Assembly: GCA_964392085.1 (NCBI GenBank)
Contig: CAYMOV010000002.1
Coordinates: 27,314-91,313 of the forward strand
From: an uncultured bacterium
Lineage (GTDB): Bacteria; Oederibacteriota; Muellerivitia; Muellerivitales; Muellerivitaceae
DNA: 64,000 bases
Reading direction: 5' to 3'
Shown here one piece after another: positions 35,813-45,221 of this stretch (position 1 is the stretch's first letter; each line of letters begins with the position of its first letter). The position numbers and the translations under genes were made by a program. The notes below the pieces were generated by a model that was not told where the DNA came from, searched no databases, and worked only from the letters and a program-made list of their open reading frames with translations.

Positions 35813-36781
35813 ATGGCCCCCCGAACCCTTCCCCGCGAAAATGGCGCCCCCAAGAAAAAGGCCAGGGGCCCTTCCCTGGTGTTGGCCCGCGGCCAGAAGC
35901 CCGCGGCGCCCCAAGGGACCTATCCCACCCACCACGTCACCACGGACAGCCTGAAGCTCTACTTCAAGGAAATCTCCCGGGTACCCCTCATCAACGGCGA
36001 CGAGGAGAAGGCCCTTTCCAAACGCATCGAGCAGGGCGACCTGGAAGCCAAGCAAAAGCTCGTGGCGGCCAACCTCCGCCTTGTCATCAAGATCGCCAAA
36101 CGGTACATGAACCAGGGCATCGCCTTCCAGGACCTCATTGAGGAAGGCAACCTCGGCTTGATCAAGTCCGCCGAGAAGTTCAATTGGCGCCGGGGGTTCA
36201 AGTTCAGCACCTACGCGACTTGGTGGATCCGGCAATTCATTACCCGGACCCTCGCGAACCATTCCCGGACCGTCCGGGTCCCCGTCCATGTTTCCGAGGA
36301 CATCCAAAAGGTCCAGCGGACCGCACGGGACCTGGGGCGGAAACTGGGGCGCGAGGTGACCGCCTCCGAGATCGCCCAGGGCGCACGGATGCCCTTGGAA
36401 CGCGTGAGGCACCTCCAACGGCTGGCCCAACGGGACCTTTCCCTGGAGGTCCCCGTGGGGGATGAGGGCGGGTCGAAGACCTTCGGCGATTTCATCCCGG
36501 ACACCAACGCCGCGAGCCCGTCCGAAAAGATGTTTGAGCAGCTCCGCTCCGAGAAGCTCAAGACCCTGATGGGGCGGCTCAGCGAGAAGGAGAGGGCCGT
36601 CCTCCTCATGCGGTTCGGGTTCGACGAAATGGAGCCCAAGACCCTGGAAGATACCGGGCGAGTTTTGGGCGTGACCCGGGAACGGATCCGGCAGATCGAG
36701 GAGCGGGCCCTTAAGAAGATCCGGTCCGCGGTCAAGGGCAAGACCCAGGAGTATCGGGCCCTTTTGGAGGAATTCCTCTAG
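35813..36781 (+). CDS. RNA polymerase sigma factor, sigma-70 family (RpoD/RpoS-like; regions 2, 3 and 4)
   Basis: [28 protein letters not shown], region 2.4 [15 protein letters not shown], and region 4.2 [19 protein letters not shown]. Confidence 0.85.
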   Translation: MAPRTLPRENGAPKKKARGPSLVLARGQKPAAPQGTYPTHHVTTDSLKLYFKEISRVPLINGDEEKALSKRIEQGDLEAKQKLVAANLRLVIKIAKRYMNQGIAFQDLIEEGNLGLIKSAEKFNWRRGFKFSTYATWWIRQFITRTLANHSRTVRVPVHVSEDIQKVQRTARDLGRKLGREVTASEIAQGARMPLERVRHLQRLAQRDLSLEVPVGDEGGSKTFGDFIPDTNAASPSEKMFEQLRSEKLKTLMGRLSEKERAVLLMRFGFDEMEPKTLEDTGRVLGVTRERIRQIEERALKKIRSAVKGKTQEYRALLEEFL

Positions 36782-36825
36782 CTGTTTCCGGGGGACGGAT
36801 CCCCGGGTGCCCTGATTTAAAGACG

Positions 36826-37422
36826 GTGATATCCAGCGGTTGGATTTATAATCCTGGGCGAAGCGCCCGGGGGGGGACTCCTCCCGATCCCTTGGAGGAG
36901 ACGCCCGACTTGGACCTTAAGACCTACATCCGAGATATCCCCGATTTCCCGAAGAAGGGGATCGTTTTCAAGGACATCACCCCGCTCCTGAAATCCCCCG
37001 AGGCCTTCGGTTTCGTGATTGAGACCTGGGCCGCGCGCTACGCCTCCCGAAAGTTGGACGCCGTGATCGGCATGGAATCCCGGGGGTTCATCTTCGCCGC
37101 GCCCCTCGCGGTCCGGCTGAAGGTGCCCTTTATTCCGGTCCGAAAGCCCGGGAAGCTTCCCGCCAAGACCGTCCGGGAGACCTACCAGCTCGAATACGGA
37201 ACGGACAGCCTGGAAATCCACGAGGACGCCCTGGCCCCCGGGGCGAAGGTCCTGGTGTTGGACGACGTCTTGGCCACGGGCGGGACGGCCGAGGCCGTGG
37301 TCCATTTGGTGGAACGGGTGGGCGCGAGGGTGGAGGAGGCCTCGTTTCTCATGGAATTGGGCTTCCTGAAGGGCCGTGATAAATTGAAAAGCGTCCCGGT
37401 GCACTCTATAATCACCTATTAA
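36826..37422 (+). CDS. apt: Adenine phosphoribosyltransferase
   Basis: IRDIPDFPKKGIVFKDITPLL and the PRPP-binding VLVLDDVLATGGTAEA. The true start may be downstream of 36826, since the first 25 aa are not Apt-like. Confidence 0.8.
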   Translation: MISSGWIYNPGRSARGGTPPDPLEETPDLDLKTYIRDIPDFPKKGIVFKDITPLLKSPEAFGFVIETWAARYASRKLDAVIGMESRGFIFAAPLAVRLKVPFIPVRKPGKLPAKTVRETYQLEYGTDSLEIHEDALAPGAKVLVLDDVLATGGTAEAVVHLVERVGARVEEASFLMELGFLKGRDKLKSVPVHSIITY

Positions 37423-37474
37423 TTCCCGCAGCCTGAGGTCCGTTCCGTTCGGACTTCCGCGCTGTCCTTTGATC

Positions 37475-37551
37475 GCCCTCGTAGCTCAGATGGATAGAGC
37501 GACCCTTTCCTAAAGGGTAGGCCACGTGTTCGACTCACGTCGAGGGTACCA
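37475..37551 (+). tRNA. tRNA-Arg: tRNA-Arg (anticodon CCU)
   Basis: Acceptor GCCCTCG/CGAGGGT, D-arm GCTC-AGATGGATA-GAGC, anticodon arm ACCCT-TTCCTAA-AGGGT, T-arm ACGTG-TTCGACT-CACGT, encoded CCA. Confidence 0.8.
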
Positions 37552-37749
37552 CCGTAGTGCGGACCTTACCGAGCGGACTCTCATAGCCCCGTTCTCCATG
37601 ACCCGGAATTTAAATCCCGGGTCTGACAGGGAAACGGGGTTGTACCTCCCCAAGGCAAAGGAACGCTAGAGCAAAACAGCCTTTTGTGTTCAGGTGTGAG
37701 GGCCGATTGGGGGTTTTCAGTTGTCGGAGAATGTCCGGGAGGGTTCGGG

Positions 37750-39153
37750 ATGTCCCAGAAGCTGATAGCGGCTCTTATCCTCGGTTTCCTAGTCGTCATC
37801 CCCCCCTTGTCGGCCCAAACCGTAGTGGATCCCGTCCTGCTGGGGCAACGGACCTGGACCGCCGCCGCGGGCCCCTACATGATCAACCACGACACCCTCC
37901 TGCCGGCCGGCAGCACCCTGGTGATCGAGGAAGGGACCGTGGTGGAGATCTCCACGGGGAACGACGAAACCATCCCGAACATCTCCAAACAGGTGGATTG
38001 GGTGATCCAAGGAAAGTTGGTCGTCCGGGGCAGCGAGACCCGCCCGGTGAAGTTCGTCCCCAGCCAATCCACCGCGACCTGGGGCACCCTTTTTGTGGCG
38101 TCCAAGGATCCCCAGGATTGGAATTACCTCCAGGTCAAGACCGGCCGGATCGTCACGGCCCAGACCCGGTTGACCCTCGAGAATTGCAGGATCACGAACA
38201 GCCAAGGGCTCCTGGCGGGCGCGGGGTCGGTGGTCGATTTCGTCCAATGCCAGTTGGACGACAACCAATACGGCTTGGCCTTTTGGGACCCCGGGGCGAA
38301 GATATCCCTGATCCGGACGCGGCTTTGGGACAACAAATACTCCCTCTATTTCAAGGCGCCGGGGACCCTCACGGCGGTGGATTCCAGCGTTGCCTCCAGC
38401 GGCGAGTGGAACGTGGTGAACGCCTCCACGACCCCGGTCCACATCCCGGTCCTTTGGTGGGGAACCCAGGATTCCTCGGAAGTGGCGGGCAAGGTCCTCG
38501 ACGGCCGCAAACGGGCGGGCTTGGGCGCCGTGGAGTTCGATGGGATCGCCGCCAAGGATCCTTTCATGGCCCTGGTGGCCGGTTATGACCCTGGGGTGGA
38601 CCCCCGGAGCCGCCTTTGGGTGGGTCCCAAGTATTTCGGGGGTGTGATAGCCCAATGGGTGATGCCTTCGGTCAACCTTCCCAATTCCACCCTCGGCGGT
38701 TCCTTCGGGTACGGCGCCATGGCGGGATTCGTCATCAGCCCCCCTTTCGAACTTGGGGTCCTGGCCCAAACCGTGGCTTTTTCCGGCCGGAACCCGTCTC
38801 TCCTCAGCAACGTCGACCTTTCCCTGGTCCAGGCGGGCGTCGTGGGACGTTATCCCTTGGCCATGGGCGCCAAGAAGTCCTGGTTCCTGTTCGCCCAAGC
38901 GGGTGGGCTTTTCACCCAAACCAAGTTGACCTCCACCCACCCGATCGACTTTTTTAACCTGAGTTCCCCCATGATCACCCGGTCCTCGGTCACCTCCGGT
39001 ATCAGCGTGATGGCGGGGGCCGGGGTGGAACGGCGGATCGGCCAATGGCACAAGGCCGAATTGGGGATCCATTACATGCCCATCCCCTTGGGAAATGGGC
39101 TCAGTGGTTCGGCCATCCTGATCCAGGGCGGGATCACCCTTTTCTTCAGGTAA
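37750..39153 (+). CDS. Secreted protein with N-terminal parallel beta-helix repeats and a C-terminal putative outer-membrane beta-barrel (autotransporter-like layout)
   Basis: Signal peptide MSQKLIAALILGFLVVIPPLSAQ. PbH1-like repeats (NCRITNSQGLLAGAGSVVDFVQCQLDDNQYGLAF). C-terminal about 200 aa of alternating hydrophobic strands ending ...GGITLFFR. Confidence 0.5.
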   Translation: MSQKLIAALILGFLVVIPPLSAQTVVDPVLLGQRTWTAAAGPYMINHDTLLPAGSTLVIEEGTVVEISTGNDETIPNISKQVDWVIQGKLVVRGSETRPVKFVPSQSTATWGTLFVASKDPQDWNYLQVKTGRIVTAQTRLTLENCRITNSQGLLAGAGSVVDFVQCQLDDNQYGLAFWDPGAKISLIRTRLWDNKYSLYFKAPGTLTAVDSSVASSGEWNVVNASTTPVHIPVLWWGTQDSSEVAGKVLDGRKRAGLGAVEFDGIAAKDPFMALVAGYDPGVDPRSRLWVGPKYFGGVIAQWVMPSVNLPNSTLGGSFGYGAMAGFVISPPFELGVLAQTVAFSGRNPSLLSNVDLSLVQAGVVGRYPLAMGAKKSWFLFAQAGGLFTQTKLTSTHPIDFFNLSSPMITRSSVTSGISVMAGAGVERRIGQWHKAELGIHYMPIPLGNGLSGSAILIQGGITLFFR

Positions 39154-39271
39154 GCCCTGTTTTAGGGGGTTCTCACGGGCCCTCCGGACGCTGGACATTT
39201 CGGCCAGACGCTGACAGGCCCCTTTTCCATTGCTATAATCCACCGCCCGATAACCCAACCCCGAGGAAACC

Positions 39272-39970
39272 ATGTCCAACTGGAAGCCTAATCTTCATAT
39301 TGAAATCGAGCAGAAGGAACCCTGGGAAAAGGCGCTGGAATGGGCCAAGTCCAAGCAGGAAATCCTGGCGGTGGCCGCCATCCTGATCCTGTTGGTTTCC
39401 GTGGGCATCCCCTATTACCTTAAGAGCCAAGCCCAAACCGAAAAGGACGCACTGCAAAAACTCAACGTGGCCCAGTATTACCTCGGGTCCAAGGTGGACC
39501 CCAAGAACGGGCCCTTCAAGACCGACGACGAGAAATACAAGAACTCCCTCCAGCAGTTCGAGCAGATCTACCAGCAGGACGCCGGCACCTGGGCCGCCAA
39601 GGCCGCGCAATTTTACGTGGCCAAGTGCCAGTTGATCATGGGCCAGAACTCCCAGGCATACGTATCCTTCGATGAGGCGTCCCAGCGCCTGAAAGGCACC
39701 CCGCTGGGCGAGGCTTCCATGCTGGGTAAGGCCATGGCCTTGGTGATGCAGGAAAAATGGCCGGAAGCCATCGGGGTCTATAACGCCTACTTGACCCAAT
39801 ATCCCAACGGTTTCCTCGTGGAGGAAGCCCGGATGAACATGGCGGACGCTTATAACAAGTCGGGGGACCGGGCGCGGTCCCAGGAGACCCTGGAACAGGT
39901 CGCGAAAGAGGACCCGAAAGGGAATTACGGGCTTGAAGCCGCGCGGCTCCTGAAGAAATCAGCCTCCTAA
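39272..39970 (+). CDS. Single-pass membrane protein with periplasmic TPR-like domain (YfgM/UPF0070-like)
   Basis: N-terminal TM ILAVAAILILLVSVGIPYY, then helical TPR-like repeats (AQFYVAKCQLIMGQNSQAYVSF; EAIGVYNAYLTQYPNG). Confidence 0.55.
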   Translation: MSNWKPNLHIEIEQKEPWEKALEWAKSKQEILAVAAILILLVSVGIPYYLKSQAQTEKDALQKLNVAQYYLGSKVDPKNGPFKTDDEKYKNSLQQFEQIYQQDAGTWAAKAAQFYVAKCQLIMGQNSQAYVSFDEASQRLKGTPLGEASMLGKAMALVMQEKWPEAIGVYNAYLTQYPNGFLVEEARMNMADAYNKSGDRARSQETLEQVAKEDPKGNYGLEAARLLKKSAS

Positions 39971-39989
39971 ACGGTCACCACCCTGACCC

Positions 39990-41147
39990 TCAACCGGCGT
40001 TACCCCAGGCCTGGATCAACCGATCCAGGCCTTTTTCATAGGTCCCCGGCTCGCCCAATAGGCTGATGACCCAAAAGCCATCCACTGGAAAATCAAAAAA
40101 GGCGCCGGGAAGGGCCCAAACGCCCCGATCCAAGAGCCGTCTGGCCATCAATTCGTCCCCCAAGGCGGGATCCACCTGTTGAACCAGGGCCGACCACCCG
40201 CCTTCCGAAGGCCAAAGGCGCCATTGGCTTCCGAGGGGCGCCAAGGCGCGGTCCAACCGACCTTTGTTTTCCAAGACCCGGGTTAGGATGGCTTCCCGTA
40301 CGTCCCCTCCCATCCTCAGGAGATCCGGTAAAGACAACAGCACGGGCGATCCGACCGAAAGGGCCAGGTCGGCCGAGAATTCCAGCCGCTCCTTGGCTTG
40401 TGCCACCAACCGGGTCGGCCCACGGAGGCCCATCCAGGAACACTTTAATTGCGGCAACCCACAGGATTTGGAAAGCCCACCGAGGGTGAAGGTCAAGGCC
40501 TGTGGTTCGAAGGAGACCCGTTTCGGTTTCCCCGTCCAACCGTAATCCCAAAAGACCTCATCGAGGACCAGGGCCCATTGGTTTTTGGCGCAGAGGGAAT
40601 CCAGGAACTTCAAGTCCGATGGGGAGAGGTAGGTGCCGGTCGGGAAATGGGGGGTGATCGCCACCAAGACCCTGGCTTGGTCCTGGGGAATGGACTCCAG
40701 GGCCTGACGATCCAGGGGCCAACCCGGTTTGGCGATCAACGGATAACCCATGGGCTGGAGTCCCTCGGCCTGGGAAAGGTGAGCCAAGAGGGGGTACCCG
40801 GGGGTGGGGAAGAGTACGCCCTGCCCCGGATCCGCCATGAGCTTCATAACCAGTGAATAGGCCTCGCTGGTACCGGAAGTCAGGAAGAGGTCGTCGGGGG
40901 ATTGGGTTTGACCTTGACGTTGATACTCTAGGGCCACAGCTTCCCGTGACGGTCTCAATCCCTGTGGGTCGGGTTCGTAGGGACCGATGGAGATTCGAAG
41001 ATCTTTGAGACCAGACGGATAGGGAAGTCCCACGACCGTCGGATTGGAGGAGGACAAGTCGATCAGGCTGTCCTTTTGGGACTCGATCGCCTGAAAGAGC
41101 TCATTGGGGCTTAAATCCTCCGGATATCTGGATGAAAAGTTCAACAT
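39990..41147 (-). CDS. Pyridoxal-phosphate-dependent aminotransferase (class I/II fold)
   Basis: LTSGTSEAYSLVMKLMADPGQGVLFPTPGYP and the PLP-lysine block FTLGGLSKSCGLPQLKCSWM. Confidence 0.75.
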   Translation of the reverse strand: MLNFSSRYPEDLSPNELFQAIESQKDSLIDLSSSNPTVVGLPYPSGLKDLRISIGPYEPDPQGLRPSREAVALEYQRQGQTQSPDDLFLTSGTSEAYSLVMKLMADPGQGVLFPTPGYPLLAHLSQAEGLQPMGYPLIAKPGWPLDRQALESIPQDQARVLVAITPHFPTGTYLSPSDLKFLDSLCAKNQWALVLDEVFWDYGWTGKPKRVSFEPQALTFTLGGLSKSCGLPQLKCSWMGLRGPTRLVAQAKERLEFSADLALSVGSPVLLSLPDLLRMGGDVREAILTRVLENKGRLDRALAPLGSQWRLWPSEGGWSALVQQVDPALGDELMARRLLDRGVWALPGAFFDFPVDGFWVISLLGEPGTYEKGLDRLIQAWGNAG

Positions 41148-41459
41148 GAAGGCCTCAAGTTAAACTTTAACGCAATGAATATGATTGGGCATTTAGGGGC
41201 TTTTAGGGTTAGTCGACCCCGGGGATCCCCTATGAGATTAGAAATGTTTGGAAAACCGGGCCTTTCAACGGTGAATCGGGGTCCTAAACGAAACCTTTTC
41301 AATAAAACCAACATTTTTGAGGGGCTGAGCAGGTGCAGACCTGCGACTGCCTTGGAGAACTTCGTTTGAGGTCCTGGTCCAACCAGTCCGTTTTGAAACG
41401 CGAAAGGACCGCATTGAGCAAATGAGACGGTACATGCACGTGTTGCTGATGAGAAACAA

Positions 41460-41483
41460 TCGTTCAAAAAAACAGCATTTAAA
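41460..41483 (-). promoter_or_regulatory. Copy A of the bipartite motif (minus-strand reading CCGTTTTTGCATTTAAATG-CTGTTTT-TTTGAACGA), about 300 bp upstream of the minus-strand aminotransferase gene
   Basis: Read directly. Contains the perfect 12-bp palindrome GCATTTAAATGC. Same half-sites and 7-nt spacer as copies B, C and D. Confidence 0.5.
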
Positions 41484-41604
41484 TGCAAAAACGGCCTATC
41501 TGAGTGACCTAAACGGAGTAAGCACCTGAGGAGCCTCAAGGGTTGGACCCAATTGGCTTTAATGCACCTGAAAAATCTATAGTTAAGGTTGTGGTTATAA
41601 AGGT

Positions 41605-42678
41605 TCATTGTAATTTGTCGCGGCTGATGAGTATACGGAAAGTTTGGAGGATGGCCCCATGGGGACCGCCGGTGAGTTTCAAGGCATAGGCCCCAAAGGC
41701 CTTCTTGTGGGCGTCGCGGGCGCCCTTGGAGGCCATTTTGACGTAACTCTCGCTGACCGAGATGCTGGAATGGCCCATCAAGTCCCGGATCTCATACACG
41801 CTTGCGCCCGCCTCGGCTAAGCAAGACCCAAAGGTGTGCCTTAAAACGTGGACTGTGAGCTCGTCCGGGGACTCAAAGCCGGCCCAAAGGGCCGCTTTCT
41901 TGACCCATTGCTCCAGGAAATGCGGATGAATGGGCTTGAGGGAGTTCCTAGGACTGCAAAAAAGGTATGGGGAGGAAGCCAACTTCGCCTCCGTTTTACG
42001 GTCCTGAAGATATTTCTGGACCAGTTTCTTGGTCGCCAGGGTCATGGGAACGGACCGTTCCTTATCGCCCTTACCGATGACGGTGACCAGGTCCTCCGGT
42101 AGTTGGATATCCCGGACCTTTAGGCCGGCGATCTCGGAGACTCGGAGGCCGCACTCGAAGCCCAGGCGTACGGTCAAACTGACCTGGAGATCTTCCAGAA
42201 GGTCCGTCTTGAGCGAAGCCAGGAGGCTTTGGCGTTCCGACATGGGCAAGGGCCTGGGATTGCGCTTGGGCGAGCGGATCGGCAGGTTGTGGAAGACCGC
42301 CGTAGGATCCGTGGCCACCAATTGGCTGGCGGCCATATGGCGGTAAAACGACCGGGTGGTTCCCAGGATCCGTTTCAAGGACCTGGTGGAATAAGGAGGC
42401 CGGGGTTTGCCGGTGGGCGTTTTGCCGGCTTGGGCGAGAAAGCCCGCGAAACGGGTCATGTCCTGGTGGGTCGCCTGGAGGGGCCCTGGAACGGAGGATT
42501 CATCCAAGAAATACTTCAGCACCCGGAGGTCCTGGTGGTAATTGGTTTGGGTATGCTTGGATTTGCATACCGCCAGGAATTCGGAATAGGGTTTGAGGGT
42601 CCGTAAATCCTCAAAGCGCTGGAAGTCGATCGTTTCATCCATGAAACTATTATATCTATAAATATAGAAGATGTTCAA
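41605..42678 (-). CDS. Tyrosine-type site-specific recombinase/integrase (phage integrase family)
   Basis: Catalytic-domain motifs: GLRVSEIAGLKVRDI (Arg box), HVLRHTFGS (HxxR), and the LMGHSSISVSESY region with the catalytic Tyr. N-terminal SAM-like domain. Confidence 0.85.
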   Translation of the reverse strand: MNIFYIYRYNSFMDETIDFQRFEDLRTLKPYSEFLAVCKSKHTQTNYHQDLRVLKYFLDESSVPGPLQATHQDMTRFAGFLAQAGKTPTGKPRPPYSTRSLKRILGTTRSFYRHMAASQLVATDPTAVFHNLPIRSPKRNPRPLPMSERQSLLASLKTDLLEDLQVSLTVRLGFECGLRVSEIAGLKVRDIQLPEDLVTVIGKGDKERSVPMTLATKKLVQKYLQDRKTEAKLASSPYLFCSPRNSLKPIHPHFLEQWVKKAALWAGFESPDELTVHVLRHTFGSCLAEAGASVYEIRDLMGHSSISVSESYVKMASKGARDAHKKAFGAYALKLTGGPHGAILQTFRILISRDKLQ

Positions 42679-42780
42679 GGCTCATTTGGAGGCGTGGAGT
42701 CACAGGATTCCGTTCGATGGGTCCTTGAAGGTTCTTTTCATCTCCGAGCCGGTTCACCTGGAAAAAAACCTAAATTAAGC

Positions 42781-42814
42781 CGAATTTGCGTTTAAATGTC
42801 GTTTATTTGAACGA
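42781..42814 (+). promoter_or_regulatory. Copy B of the bipartite motif (CGAATTTGCG-TTTAAATG-TCGTTTA-TTTGAACGA), about 100 bp from the integrase start codon
   Basis: Read directly. Shares a 16-nt identical stretch CGAATTTGCGTTTAAA with copy C. Confidence 0.5.
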
Positions 42815-43904
42815 TGGTTGGAATCCGTGGATCTGATTACCCTTTTCGATTCAGCCCTGTTTAGTCTGGAGCGGTCAGGATCACGGACCGATTTGACCTT
42901 TCTTGGGACTGTCCGCGCTTCATTAAGCTTTCGGAATGACCCTGGAAGGCCTTGAGGACAACGGATTGCGCCAAGCCAGGGGTTCAAGTGCCCCTTGAAG
43001 GCTTCCAACTGGGATCATCGGGCGTCCCAATGGATTCGGTTCTCGGGGCTTGATCAAGGCTGGGTTACCCGGCCAGCCTGGGACTTCCTGAGGCACCCAA
43101 CCCCGTTCCGATGACGGCTATTTTCCGACCAGACGAAAGATCTTGGCAGGTTGGGACCGCCGAGGGGTCCTTGAGCCGGTTCAAGCCAGGGTTTGGCTTC
43201 AAGTGGTTTACCCTTTGAATGTCCGAGGGCGCCTTGAAGTCGAACTTGAAGGGTTCGAGGGCATTTCTGGGTCCGGCCTGTCCTGGGGTGGTCCCCGCAA
43301 AATGTTGGCTCATGGGTTTGGACTCGTTTCGGCGCCCAGCAAATCCTTGGCTCCCGGCTTCGCAGTCGCTGCCGTCTTCGCCTGGCTATGGCTCCCAGGG
43401 CGTCGGACATGCCGTTTTCGAGAACAGCCCTTTAAAGTATTTGTCATTCCGGAGAGGTATGAGGCTTGCCGGGCATGGCATTGCGAAATCAGGAGCAGAC
43501 CCGACAAGGAACCTGCCATCAGTTGATAAGTGAAAATGTTGCAGCGGCCTTCACCTGGAGGGTTCAAGCGATACCTCATCGCCCTGGGTGGAGCTCGCAG
43601 GGAAATTTACCCAGTTTCCACGCGGTAGGAGACCACCGAGCCTGGTTGTTGTTCCCCGCTTTTTGGGTTGAAGTCAAACTTGAGCAGGACTGGTTCGGCT
43701 TTCAGGGATTCTCCGAGGGTCGATGGGAGACAACCGGTATCCACCCCGAAGACGCGATCGGGTTCGTTTTGGTGGCCGTGGGTCTTTTGAGGCCCGGGAT
43801 TTCGATCAAAGGACGCGTTAGGGTGACTTGAGCGTTGTCGACGGAGGGATGGAAAGGATTAAATGAACCAGGGACTTTGTGTCAGAAGAATCCAGGGAAT
43901 GGGT
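42815..43904. other. About 1.1 kb non-coding, lower-GC stretch between motif copies B and C. Dense in CTTGAAG/TTCAAG-type short repeats, no credible ORF
   Basis: Only short overlapping ORFs on both strands with no recognisable product. Recurrent CCTTGAAGG, GGTTCAAG and GGCTTCAAGTGG motifs. Possible degraded mobile-element cargo, binding-site array or long ncRNA. Confidence 0.4.
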
Positions 43905-43938
43905 CGAATTTGCGTTTAAAGGGCCGAAATTTCAACGA
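43905..43938 (+). promoter_or_regulatory. Copy C of the bipartite motif (CGAATTTGCG-TTTAAAGG-GCCGAAA-TTTCAACGA)
   Basis: Read directly. Same architecture and spacing as copies A, B and D. Confidence 0.5.
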
Positions 43939-44027
43939 CCGATCGGTGGGATGAAGCCGAGGACGCTTCCTGATTTCGCTTCGGATCGGTCCTATTTGGG
44001 ATCCTCCCGTGGCGGATGAGAGTCGAT

Positions 44028-44813
44028 TCATCCAGGGAGGGTGCCCACGAACTCGTTCAGAAGGTTTTGAAATTGGTCCGGCGATTCCCAGGGCACCAGA
44101 TGGCCGACTTGATCCAACACTTGAAGTCGGATCTTGGAACTGAGCGAGGCGTTCTGGCGGGCCTCGTCGGTTGAAACGAACTGATCCTCGGCGCCGGCCA
44201 GCCAGAGGGCCGGGACCCGAAGGACCCTCAGGGTCTCGGATTGGTCCCGTCGGACCGCCATGGCCCGTTGCGCGCCCGCGATGGCTCGGGGCGGGGCTAG
44301 ACGGACGCAGTCCCGGACCCGTTCCAGCAACGCGGGGTTCCCTTGGATCGTCGTGGCCCCCAGTAAATTGTTCGGCATGACCTTCAACAGGAAACCGGTC
44401 CCCTCCCGTTCGACCTTGTCGGCGACCTCCAACCTCCTGAACCGGGCGGTCTCCTCATCCAGCCCGGCCTTGGTTCCGGCGAGCAACAGCCCCTCGACCT
44501 GGTCCGGAAAGAGCCGGACGTACTCCAGGGCTCCATAACCTCCCATGGAGACCCCCCCCAGGACCACTTTTTGGCGGACACCCAAGTCCTCTAGGGCCCG
44601 TTGGAGGCTACGAGCGAAGTCTTCCAGCGTCCATCCTGCCTCCGCCCAGGGGGTGGAACCGAATCCCGGGAAGTCCGGGAGGATCAGTTGGGTTTGAGGC
44701 GGGGGGAGAAGCTTGTCATAAAGGATATGGGACAGGGGATAGGCGTGGAGCAGGACAAGGGGTCGGCCTTCCCCGCGGGCCTGGACCTGGATTTTTAGGT
44801 TGGAAGCGGACAT
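44028..44813 (-). CDS. Alpha/beta-fold hydrolase
   Basis: LVLLHAYPLSHILY, nucleophile elbow GGVSMGG, and a C-terminal His (DQVGHLVPWESP). 261 aa. Confidence 0.75.
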   Translation of the reverse strand: MSASNLKIQVQARGEGRPLVLLHAYPLSHILYDKLLPPPQTQLILPDFPGFGSTPWAEAGWTLEDFARSLQRALEDLGVRQKVVLGGVSMGGYGALEYVRLFPDQVEGLLLAGTKAGLDEETARFRRLEVADKVEREGTGFLLKVMPNNLLGATTIQGNPALLERVRDCVRLAPPRAIAGAQRAMAVRRDQSETLRVLRVPALWLAGAEDQFVSTDEARQNASLSSKIRLQVLDQVGHLVPWESPDQFQNLLNEFVGTLPG

Positions 44814-44883
44814 GTCGGGACCTCGTTCCGATCGATCTTAAGCGTTTTCGTGGAAGGTGTCATGATCAAGGTCCCAAAACAAT

Positions 44884-44917
44884 CTTCGAAAAAAACAGTG
44901 TTTAAATGTAAATTCGC
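44884..44917 (-). promoter_or_regulatory. Copy D of the bipartite motif (minus-strand reading CGAATTTACA-TTTAAACA-CTGTTTT-TTTCGAAGA), about 70 bp upstream of the alpha/beta-hydrolase start
   Basis: Read directly. Weaker second half-site. Confidence 0.45.
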
Positions 44918-45221
44918 CACTTCCGCCTGGTTTTTAAATATGATTTTTAAAATCACCCAGCAACGGATTCGGTTCAAACCCTTTCACTTAAGGATGCCGG
45001 GTGAAGCGTCTGATGAACCTGAAGTTAGCCTGGTAAACCTCAAATCAAGCGGGTTAGATGGCCAGAAGCCCTAGATCACCCATCGCCAAGCCCATCGAAG
45101 TCCAAACGGGAAGTGGAACCTCCTGAAGGGGGCTGGAGACTCCGGCGATAGTCCCCCTAGGGAGTGGGTCTTGATAAGACCATGGAGTCCCAAACGGATG
45201 ACAGGGAAAGGGTTATGTCGT

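Noticed and set aside
41148-41604. Possible structured ncRNA (tmRNA, RNase P, 6S or SRP) in the 456-bp AT-richer spacer
   Set aside because: No recognisable conserved core motifs of these RNAs were seen on either strand. Left uncalled.
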